Assembly: GCA_973895155.1 (NCBI GenBank)
Contig: OZ316895.1
Location: 15,816,816 to 15,880,815, forward strand
Reading direction: 5' to 3'
DNA from: Marsupella aquatica
Lineage: Eukaryota > Plantae > Marchantiophyta
DNA: 64,000 nt
How positions within the stretch are numbered: the stretch's first letter is position 1; each line of letters starts with the position of its first letter. A model generated the notes under the pieces. The model had not been told where the DNA came from and ran no database searches. It was given only the letters and a program-made list of their open reading frames with translations. The position numbers and the translations under genes are program-made. Below are positions 1 to 10,786 of the stretch, one piece after another.

Positions 1-532
1 AACAGTGCCACAAGCAATACCATTCATAAGAAGAATCAGACCAAGTACCTAGCTTGAGTGTGTGAAGAGAACTTGAGCTAAGTTAAATATAATCTAAATC
101 ATAGTATAAAAGGATTATTCTGTAGGACTCTGGTCAATTTCCTCATTATGAAAGAAGGTTTCAAAATATCAGCCAGATTGGTTTGTCTAAAATATGTTAA
201 GTTTTCCAACAATGTAGGGTCTTTCCTGCAACTTATTCTATGTGCAGCTTGTCAGTAGAGACAACTTTGTTAATATATACTACTAACTCAAAATGTGGGC
301 AAAGTGACAAGAAAAAAACTCCTAATATAGAGTCATTTCCAGGGGATACTAATTGAGTCCTGGGCAATAAGTGTGACATTCCACATTATTAGTTAATAGT
401 TTACAAGTATCAGGCCCGGCCCTTGTTGTTCTTTTTGGCATCGAGGGTGGGCTCTTAGGATCCATCCTCAATTGACCAACCTCAGGTGATTATCCAATTA
501 ATCATGAATTGGGGCTTTCTTGGAGTCAACAG

Positions 533-3500
533 GCATATGGATGGTTTTGGAGTGCACACTTTTTCCCTAATTAACAAGGGAGGTAAAGTCACATTTGTGA
601 AATTGCACTGGTTGACATCACAAGGGATAAAATACTTGACTCAAGAAGAAGCTGTGGTGGTGGGAGGCTCCAACCATAGTCATGCCACCAAAGATCTTAC
701 AGATGCCATTGAAGGTTAGAGATCTGTACTCCAAATTTCTTGCTGGCTGCTTCAGTAGAGGAAAACAATGGAGCTTCTAATGATTAAATTATTGTTATCG
801 GTCTAGTGAATAACAAATATATGTTGGTGTTCTATTGATTGGTTCATCTCAGCATAAAACAAATTCAGAGGCCCTGAATCTGTGTGACCAATTAATTACA
901 TCAACCACTATAATACTCAACTAGCCAAAAAAATTCATTTCCTTTTACAAAATGATAAAAAGCGAGTTCCTGGCCCTTCATTAAAAAATGATGGTTTTGG
1001 CACCATCAGATCCACCCACAAATGTCCTTTCTCAAATGTCTACCCAAGCTGTCCAAATCCACCCAAACAGAATGAAAATATTTTTTCAGTTTTATTAAAA
1101 TAAAGATAAATTAATTAATTTTTTTTGCAATTTTGAATATACACAAAAATAAGAAATTTTATTAATTCATTTAAAAATAAAAAACAAGAGTAGGACAAAA
1201 ATACTCTCTCCTGTTGCATTACCGTGCTTGTGTGATAATGGAATGAGAATGAAATCTGAATAGCCATGAGTGGTGGTACATATAGTCATGTCTGGTGACC
1301 GGCTTAGGTCATCCGGCTAGAGGTAGAGTCTAACACTCCCCTTTGGATATATAGTAACAACTATATAGACAACATAGACTATACATATTATATCATGTTC
1401 ATAGAAAATACATGATATAAGTACAAGCGAGGTAGACTGCCTCATTAAAAAACCTTTATCAACTCTAGCTTAGTAAAAACTCTACCAGTGTAGCAGAGAA
1501 AAATATGAGTGCTAAAGGAAAAAGAGTGCAGCCTAATAGTCCTCGTCGTAATAAATGTCAATAGTGTATAAAGTTAGATGCTATAGTAAATCTAGCTTTA
1601 ACATCTGTTTCATCAGTCGGTCGTCAACAGCATGTCGTCAGCATCATCAAGTGTCATGTGGAGCAGTAGCCTCCACGGTCATCATGCGTCGCACGCTCCG
1701 TAGTCCAATCGCCTGGCAGTGTCGGTGGTGAACTGATGGCGATAGTGATTTGGTGAAGAGATCCGCACAGTTGTCTGCACTTGAAATCTGCAAAATGTTG
1801 ATCTCTTTTCCATGTAACTCGTGGGTGTAGAAAAATTTCGGAGCTATATGCTTCACGCGATCGCCTTTGATGAATCCTTTCGTGATCTGCTGTATACATG
1901 TTGCGTTATCCTAAAAAATGTTAGTAGGTTTTGTTAGTGGTGGTAGGCCGCATTTGGTGTTGATATGGTTTATAAAGGATCGTAACCAAACGGTTTCACG
2001 ACTAGCCTCATGTAGAGCTAAGATTTCTGAGTGATTTGATGAGGTTGTTGTTAGGGTCTGTTTCACGCTTTTCCAAGAAAAAGTGGTACCCCCTATGGTA
2101 AAAACATATCCAGTTTGGGATTTTGCGGTGTCAGTGTCGGAGAGATATCCGGCATCCGCGTATCCTATGAGCTCGTGGTTTGCACCGAATGGGTAAAATA
2201 ACCCGGTATCGGTGGTTCCACGTAGATATCTAAGTACATGCTTAACTCCATTCCAGTGTCTGGCTGTGGGAGTTGCACTATGTTTGGCTAGTAAGTTAAC
2301 TGCAAATGCAATGTCTGGCCTAGTCTGATTTGCTAGGTACATTAATGCTCCTATCGCAGAAAGATACGGAGTTTCTGGTCCTAATAGTGGTTCGTGTTCT
2401 TCGCGTTTGCGAAAAACATCAGTATTGTTTTCTAATGAACGTACAACCATTGGTGACGTCAATGGGTGTGCTAGGTTCATATTGAACTGTTTTAGGATCT
2501 TTTCAATTTGTGTTGTTTGATGGAGCATCATGCCAGTGGGTAGGATCTCTAGTTGTAAGCCTAAGCAAAAGTTTGTATGTCCAAGGTCTTTCATCTCAAA
2601 TGTGGATTTAAGATTGCTAATAGTGTCTTCTGTAAGTTGGGGTGTCCCAAATATATTTAAGTCATCAACATAGATAGAAACGATGACATATTCGTCATCC
2701 ACATGTTTAATAAATAAACATGGTGTAATGGCATCATGGGTAAAACCCATGGTAATCATTTCATCAGTGAATCGTTGATACCATACTCTACCACTTTGTT
2801 TCAGGCCATATAAAGCCTTCAACACGCGGATAGCTAGTCCGCGGTGAGTATTCTGTACGGTTGACACAGCGGTGTCATTATTATGAGTTACATGTGTAGA
2901 TGACACATGAGGTGTAACTTGAGATAATTGTGTTATGATCTTATGTAAATATGGGATATGCGATTTAGCGCCTTGAGCTAAAGCTCGGCGACGTTGCTCC
3001 AATTCGGGAGGTGATCGCATGTATAGACAAGTGTCTAAAGTTCCATATAGATATGCGGTTGCAACATCCAGTTGTCGCATTTGTAGTTTATGGAAAATGA
3101 CAAATCCGATAAGGTATCGGAATGTTGTGCTATCCATAACCGGTGAGTAAGTTTCATCGTAATGAATTCCCGGTTGTTGTGTAAATCTTTTCCCTACCAG
3201 ACGTGCTTTATAGCGTACAACTTGGCCTTTATCATTTCTTTTGCGGACGAATGTCCACTTGTAGCCAATGAGGTGTACGTCTTGCGGTGTTGGCTCGACT
3301 GGGCCAAAAGTGTGTCTGCTTAGTAGGGAGTCTAATTCTCCATTGACAGCTTTTTGCCATTTGGGCCAATCTGGTATGTTTTGGCATTCTAAGATAGATA
3401 TTGGTTCGGGTGTATCGTCAGTGATATGTGTTGCCACCATTAATGCAAAAGTATCATCTATTGAAGTAGTATTTCTATCCCACATTGCACCTGTGTGTGC

Positions 3501-6500
3501 GTAGTGGATAGAGATCTCTTCATGGGATGTAGATTCGGTATGATCGATATCAGGTGAAGGTGGTATAGATGAACCACGCCTTCATGGTTGTTTATCTTTT
3601 GATCCCAAAGGTCTACCTCGTTTGGCACGAGGCTGGGATGTACTTGTTGGCTCACTTGATAATTCGATGCGAGCAGATGCTCTCACAGCTGGAATATGTG
3701 AGCGGGTAAGTTGTGATGTGTCAACGAAAGCGTCAGGAAGTTCTTCCACAATCTTGTGGAGTTGCAGAATTCTTTGAACTTCTTTCTCCCCTTGATTGGT
3801 TCTAAGGTCTTGCCAAAATGGCGAATGTCTTTCCCACTCCAAAGGTGGTTGTGGGTGTTCAGGGGTTATTAATGGTGGGTAAATGTGTTCATCAAAATGA
3901 CAATCTAGAAATCTTGATTTAAAAACGTCGTCAGTTGTAGGTTCCATATATCGGATTATGGACGGTGAGTCGAATCCGATGTATATCCCCAACTGTCGTT
4001 GGGGTCCCATCTTGGTTCGTTTGGGTGGAGTAATGGGGACCATTACTTGACATCCAAATGAACGAAGATGTGATAGGTCAGGTTTGATACCATTAGCAAT
4101 TTGGTATGGGCTATAGGTATTAAAAGCCGATGGGCGGTATTGAATTAATGCATTAGCCTGTAATATGGCGTGTCCCCATGCTAAGACGGGGAGTTTCGAC
4201 TGCATTAATAGTGGGCGTGCAATTAACTGAAGGCGTTTAATGACCGCTTCAGCTAATCCGTTCTGAAAATGCACGTGAGGTACAGGATATTGTATGTCAA
4301 TGCCAAGTGATGTACAAAAGTCATCAAATATTTTGGATATGAATTCCCCTGCATTGTCCACCCTTAGTATCTTAATGGGGTGATTTGGGAATTGTGCTTT
4401 CACGCGCAAGATTTGCGCCAAAATGCGAGGCATAACCATGTTCCTCGTTGAAAGCAGTGTCACGTTTGACCATTTAGTTGATGCATCGATTAATACCATA
4501 AAGTAGCGGAAAGGTCCACTCGGAGGGTTAATTGGTCCGCAAACATCTGCATGGATTATTTCCAAGAATTGGGGTATTTTAGTTGGCAATTTTGATGCCG
4601 TGGGTCTTGTTATTAATTTTCCGCGTGAGCATGCAGTGCATGGAGTGCTCGCTGGAATGTGGCGTGTATTGATTTGAATGCCTCTTGAATTCTTAATGAT
4701 TTTGGTTAGCATTGATTGGCCGGGATGGCCGAGGCGTGCATGCCAAAGCGCATGCAATTCGCTTGTGTTGGCATTGTTATGCATACATTCAATATGAGTT
4801 ACATAAAACCCGCAAGGGTACGAGAAAAGGGTTTCTTTAATGATTTTCCCCGTAGGGTATTTTCAACCAAGTGTATCACTTCCTGGTCTTTTGTATCGCC
4901 CGTCTGGACATGTTGTCCATTTGCTCGTATATCTCTAAAACTAAGGAGATTACGGGTTGCGTTCAGGGCAAAAATGGTAGATTCTATGTGAATCGTTGTA
5001 CCCTGCGGTAGTCTAATGGAAGCTGGGCCGAAGCCTTCTTCTATTTGGCTAGGGCCAGTTATAGTGGTCAGGGATCTACGTGAGGGTGTAATCTTGTGGA
5101 AAAGGTGCCTATCCCTGAGGATGGTATGCGTGGTCGCATTGTCGATAATACATGTGCTTGGACTATTTAAATCTGGTGTGGTGGAGCTACTTGCCACTAA
5201 GTGTGCCTCGGGTTGGGCGGGTAGGTCTGAGAAGTCTTGGAATGGGTCACTAGACTCCATAAATGCCCCGTGGGTTTCACGGGGTGGTGCCCTAGAGGTT
5301 TGTCCGTCCCTGAGGGATCGTTGATATAGCTCTTTAAGGTGTTGTGGGATTCTACAGTTTCTGGCTAGGTGGTTGGTCATGCCACATGCATGGCATTTTG
5401 GGCGTTCCCGTTGTGGTCGGGATTGTGACCAATCATTTCGGCGGTTGTTGTTATATGTTCTTCCACCGCCGCGTCCTCCGCGTCCGCTACGTCCGCCTCG
5501 TCCTCCTCGTCCTCCTCGTCCACGAAAAGTTTGTTGGGAGTTATATTGTGGACGTTGGTTATAGAAACTCCCCCTGTTGTGCGTGTTTCTCCGGTTGCTA
5601 TTCTTAGTGCGTTTAATGCCTTGCCTCGATGTGGAGGGTTCATCATTTTCTATGTTATGGGTTTCATTCTGTTGTCCTGAGGGCATTGTGCCCGCAGGTC
5701 ATTTTCTAGAGTTTACGAAAAGAAGTTCTTGGTTTCTTTCGGTGACTAGGAGGTGGGCTATGAGCTCGGAGTATTGCCCGAACTTCATGTTTCAATACTG
5801 TGTTGATAGCCATACATTCGATGAATGAAATGTCGACAAGGTCTTCTCTAGCAGATCCTTGTCTGTGACCGGCTCGCCACATAGTGCGAGAGTTGAGGTT
5901 ATTCTAAAGAGTTTGCTATTGTAGGCTGAGATCGAGGTAAAGTCCTGGACTTGCAGGTTTAGCCAGTCTTGCCTGGCTTTAGGTAATTCGACCAGTTTCT
6001 GATGATCGAATCGGGTCTGTAGGGCTGTCCATAGTTCCCGAGGGGTCGATAGATGCATGTATTGTCTCTGGAGGAATCTATGGATATGGCGTCTCAGGAA
6101 TACTAGGGCTTTTGATTCGTTGGCTTTAGTTAATGGGTCTGGTTGTGGTTCGCCGACAAGGATGGGTTGAGCAAGCCCTATCGCAGGGAGTAGGGTTAGT
6201 GAGATTAGGTTTTCTCTTAGGTTCATGGACCATTCTAGATAGTTGCCGCCATCTATTTCTAGGGCGGGGAAGTTGAGTTTCTCAAGGTTGGTCATCTCTA
6301 AGGTCCTCGCGTGCAGCGGTGGTGTGCGAGTTTATATATAATATATATAGTCAAAAGACAATGCACATTTGCCGCATGCAATGGTGGAGAAAAGGTTGAG
6401 GAGATCAATCTAGGTCACTAGCGAGTAAAGCAGGAATGTTTGGGTTTTTTCAGAATTTAGGGTTTGCACTTATTAGGTTGGTTTTCTTTGTGAATCTATA

Positions 6501-9500
6501 ACTGCAAGGTTTCCTTTGTATTAGCTCTTTCCTTTGTTAAACTGTGCAGTTATCCAGTTGTGCACTTAGGGTTGCAGCTTTGTAAAGTAAATTTTTCTTT
6601 GTTATGGAATGCACTTATGGAGGTTTTGCGGTTATATGCACTTAGATGGTTAAGTGCTTGGGTTTCTTTGTGTGCAAGAAATGACTTTGTAAAATTGTGC
6701 AATTGAGGAGGGTGGTTTGCTTATCGGTTTTCCCTCGTTATTCTTCCTTGCATTGTTGCGCAATTTGACACCTCAGTTGTGCTTGCTTGGCAGCGCCCCG
6801 GTTCCTCCTTGTTTGCACATCGATCTTGGTTTCCTCCTGCAGTCGAGCGTTTCGACTCCGTGGTCTCTTAGGGCTCGTGTGTTTTTGAATCTGTAATTCT
6901 TGCTCTCGCTATCCTTATGCTGCTTTCAATGTCGGGGCTCTCATTCTTATGGTGTCCCTTTTGAATTCCTTCAACGAGTTGTGACAGCATCGGCTGTCTT
7001 CGGCTTCAGGTTTCTACTCGCTCTCGGTTTTGCCTGCTTCTCTTCTCACTGTATCTTCCCCTCGCTAAGTCGAAGTCCTTGGGCCGATGCTACTTTCAAT
7101 CTTTCTATTCCTTCTCAATCTCTTCACGATTTCTCGTTTCGCCATGGCTATTGTTAATTTCCTGCGCTTCCTCTTTCTTCGATTTTCGAAAGGGCTCCTT
7201 TTCGCTCAGAAATCTTGTCGCTCCTTTTCGATCTCAAGGTCGCTAAATGATACTCTCGCTGATTGTGATTCAGTCATCAGCTTCGCACCCTTTCGCTTCG
7301 CTTTCCTTTCTCCTTCGATTTTCTAAGATGTCTTAGGTTAATCGTTGCACGGCCTTTCGCTCGAAAAAAAAATTTGCATTCTTCCTCGGGCATTCATCGC
7401 CCCTATCCTCTCCTTTAAGCCTTATCGATCTGTTTCCTTATCTGCTATCCTTATCAGAATTTGTTTCGTTTCTTCTCAGATTTAAACGTCGTTTCCAGAG
7501 GGGTTTCTTCACCTTCGATCCTTATTGTTTCTCGCTTCAATCCTTAATACTTTCGATTCTCTTTGTCAGCGCCTTATCATGTTTGTTGCCAGTGCTTTCT
7601 CTCGCACCGACTCATTTCTCGATTCTTGCTTAATCGTTTTCTCTCGCTCTCTCACCTGCCTCTTTAAGTGATCTTCGATGTCCTTATGAATTGACGATCT
7701 TTCCTAAGGAAAAACGAGACCCATGTGCTCCATCTCTTATCACGCTTTGTATTCCATTCAGCATAAAAAAATTCAATTCTCCATGGTCTTCTCTTTCTCC
7801 TTTTCGGCTCCGCTGGCTGAGACCTCGTGCTGATAACGTGTGATAATAGAATGAGAATGAATATCTGAATAGCCATGAGTGGTGGTACATATAGTCATGT
7901 CTGGTGACCGGCTGGTCCGGTCATCCGGCTAGAGGTAGTGGTGGTACATATAGTCATGTCTGGTGACCGGCTGGTCCGGTCATCCGGCTAGAGGTAGAGT
8001 CTAACAGCTTGGACTTTGTAAGGTCATTATTACTATAACTCATCTTGTGCCCTTTGGGTCTTTGTGCAATGACGTCTTTTGCATAATGTCTTCTTTTATG
8101 CAATGACATCTTTTGCACAATAATATCTTCTAATGTCATCTTTATGCACTAACATCTTTTATGCATTCACATCTTTACACAACAACCTCCTTTTGGGCAA
8201 TGGCATTTTTATAACAATGTTGTCTTATATGCAACAACATTTTTTGTGTGCATGAGGCACAGGTTTCGAGGTAGTGATCAAATAAGTACTCAGCTCTCTA
8301 AACTTGTTATCCCTAAGCTCACAAACTTAAAATGATGGATTTTGAAAGTCTGGGTATACATGTATTTAAAAGGTGTTGAAATTGGAGTAGATCCATCAAG
8401 GGGTTATTATCTGATCAGCCTTTTTGGTTCTCCTCAAATAATGTATGCTATAATACTTTTCTTGTTTTCGTATTGTACTCTATTGCATTGCAGCTGGTAG
8501 GTACCCAGAATGGAAGTTGTACATTCAGACCATGGAGCCTGAGGACCAAGAAAAATTTGAATTTGATCCTTTGGATGTTACAAAGATCTGGCCAGAGGAT
8601 CTATTCCCCTTAAAGCCAGTTGGACTCTTGGTTCTCAACAAAAACATTGATAACTTCTTTGCAGAGAATGAACAACTTGCATTTTGTCCGTCAGTTGTGG
8701 TTCCAGGGATTTATTATAGTGATGACAGAGTCCTTCAAGCCCGGCTCTTCTCTTATGCAGGTGGGTTTAACCATCGACCTTGCAAGCCACCTACTTTAGC
8801 TGATATTATTTGAATTTGGGCTACTTGTGCAATGCAACTATTTTAGTAACCCAACCACCTTAAAAGGAATTCCCTTGCTTGTTTTTCTAAAGATTTAACT
8901 TGTATTATAGTTTAAACCACCACTGGCCATATAAAAGGAAAAGTGTCCAAGATTGCTTGTTTTTTCACATTTCTCTCCTCTACCATGAGACTTTGCTCCA
9001 AAATTTCAGGAAAATTACTCAAATTGGGAAATATGGTGTAACCAGGTTTTTGTCATGGCTAGTGGCTCTGAGAAACCCTGAGTGATTGACATTATGGATA
9101 TTATCTGCCTAATGAGGATTTCATTCTAAAAACAAGCAAAAGTGGATGTGAAAAAACAACAATAAACTATGTTGTTTTGATCAAACCTGTTTTGACTATT
9201 GCCACATATTGGTACATACCAGTAACATGTCAAGTTCCAAAGACAATCGGAGTTTCACCAACACACCTTCAATGCGATGATAGTGGATCACATCTGAGAT
9301 AAATAATGCAGCTGGATCACCATCCTCCTGCCCTCCCTTCTCCATGCACCCATCATTTTGGAGTATGGTGTACTTCGTTTGAAAGCTTTGCAATCTAACA
9401 CAATCTTTGTGAATAGTTTGTTGTTGAGGTGGGTCAGCTGGCATGTGCATGAGCCTGATCTTTGCTTGACAAGGCTGAAGACAGTAACATGGGGCAGTGG

Positions 9501-10786
9501 GACATGCTCAATTGATAAAAGTGTTAATAACTCAGGATGAAATAAGGGATGAGTGCACTATGCTAAGCTTAATGAATTGCTTTTTACACCTCATGAAGGT
9601 CTGAAACAAATAGTTATCAAATGGTGTACACAATTTCTGAGAGTCTGAGACCTTGACTACTTACAAGTTGACAGGTAGGGCAGAATTTGCATAACCTTCA
9701 ATTTGATCAGGCTACTGCCTTGACATACACTTTGTTTAGGCTACAGGCTTTGCCCTTGCTCCGGTCAGGTTGCAGTGTCCATTGTTGTGGGTTCACTAAT
9801 TAGATTGGTGTACCCTGGTTGTAGCGTAGATTTTATATGGTTCCCTTGATCATAAGCACCCATTTAATGTAACAACAAAAGTTGTTTCTCAGGATTATTT
9901 GAAGGGACAATAGTCAGAACATCCTAAAAATGGGTTGTATTGGTTTTTTTAATGAGTATGCTCCTTTGTTATCTAAGTAAAATGCCCCTGTAGGGTATCC
10001 AAAATAATTATTTATCTTTGCTCAATACTATGAAGTTCATTGAACTGTCACACCAGAATGTTGAGTACCCTAGAAAAGAGTATGTGACGATTGAATGTAC
10101 TTCAATATACTTCATGCTAGATACATGGATGTGCGATAGATGAGAAAACATGATGAGTATGCTTCAATACACTTAATCATAGTATTTAGCAAGAGCATAA
10201 ATTGTCGGGAGTTGATGTATCATACAAATATGCTGAAGTACCCTAAAACAAGAGCATATCACACACTCTCATCACAGTTCCTTAATATGACCATTCTCAT
10301 AAAGCAACTCACATTTGTTGGACCTAATATTGCCCAACAGATGCACAACGCCACAGATTGGGACCCAATTATCTGCAACTACCAGTGAATGCACCCAAGT
10401 GCCCATATCGTAACAATCATCATGACGGATTAATGAACACGGTTTACCGCGATGAGGAAGTAAATTATTTTCCATCCAGGTTTGACCCTGTTTGCCACTC
10501 TGAGACAGCACCTATGCCTTCCACTGTAGTCACTGGGCGGCGGGGAAGGGTCGCACAACAGGATAAGGCCAACAATTTTGGACAGGCAGGAGATAGGTTT
10601 AGGTCATGGTCATTAGACAGGCAGGAGAGATTTATTAAACTTTGGGTCTCTCATTTGTCTGATCCCAAAATTACCCCTGAGATTAGACAGATCTGGCTCG
10701 GTCATTGGTCTCAATGCTCAGTGGAACTGGGTGACAAACTTGTCAACGGTCTTCAAGCCATAGCCAGCTTGTCCATGCCCACTTAG
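533..10786 (+). CDS. CAT: Heme catalase, last three coding exons (533-714, 8494-8760, 10341-10786); 5' part lies upstream of the window
   Basis: Motifs [47 protein letters not shown] and the heme-ligand segment [21 protein letters not shown] junctions join in frame (AIE-A-GRYPEW; SYA-D-AQR). Confidence 0.93.
1231..1335 (-). repeat. 3' LTR (105 bp) of the copia element, adjacent to the polypurine tract at 1336-1344
   Basis: TGTGATAAT...GTCTAACA matches 7839-8006; the minus strand reads AAAGGGGAG immediately before the LTR. Confidence 0.93.
1647..6295 (-). pseudogene. Disrupted gag-pol polyprotein of the copia element
   Basis: Gag [26 protein letters not shown] knuckle [14 protein letters not shown], protease [12 protein letters not shown], integrase [41 protein letters not shown], RNase H GYADAGY. 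In-frame stops at 5792, 5699, 3582 and 1911, plus one frameshift near 4855. Confidence 0.93.
7825..7838 (-). promoter_or_regulatory. Primer-binding site complementary to the anticodon arm of tRNA-Ile (half-tRNA priming)
   Basis: Minus strand CGTTATCAGCACGA directly follows the 5' LTR with no TGG start. Plus strand TCGTGCTGATAACG matches the recalled plant tRNA-Ile(AAU) anticodon arm TCGTGCTAATAACG except at the wobble position. Confidence 0.75.
7839..8006 (-). repeat. 5' LTR (168 bp) with an internal 59-bp tandem duplication
   Basis: Same termini as the 3' LTR; 7880-7938 is repeated at 7939-7997. Confidence 0.93.

Larger units (their letters stand above)
1231..8006 (-). mobile_element. Full-length Ty1/copia LTR retrotransposon (Bianca-like) inside a catalase intron, antisense to the host gene
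   Basis: TG...CA LTRs at 1231-1335 and 7839-8006; GCTTG target-site duplication at 1226-1230 and 8007-8011; gag-PR-IN-RT-RH order on the minus strand; PBS and PPT next to the LTRs. Confidence 0.96.

Noticed and set aside
4840-4870. Programmed ribosomal frameshift in the retrotransposon
   Set aside because: It lies after the protease, copia elements normally use a single ORF, and the copy has other lesions. A 1-bp deletion is the simpler explanation.
6300-7800. Extra ORF upstream of gag in the purine-rich 1.5-kb leader
   Set aside because: The best minus-strand frame I read has stops at about random frequency, unlike pol with only four. The charged or hydrophobic translations reflect strand compositional skew.
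8040-8250. Degenerate CAATGACATCTTTT-type repeats beside the LTR
   Set aside because: They lie outside the TSD and look like an ordinary low-complexity intronic minisatellite.
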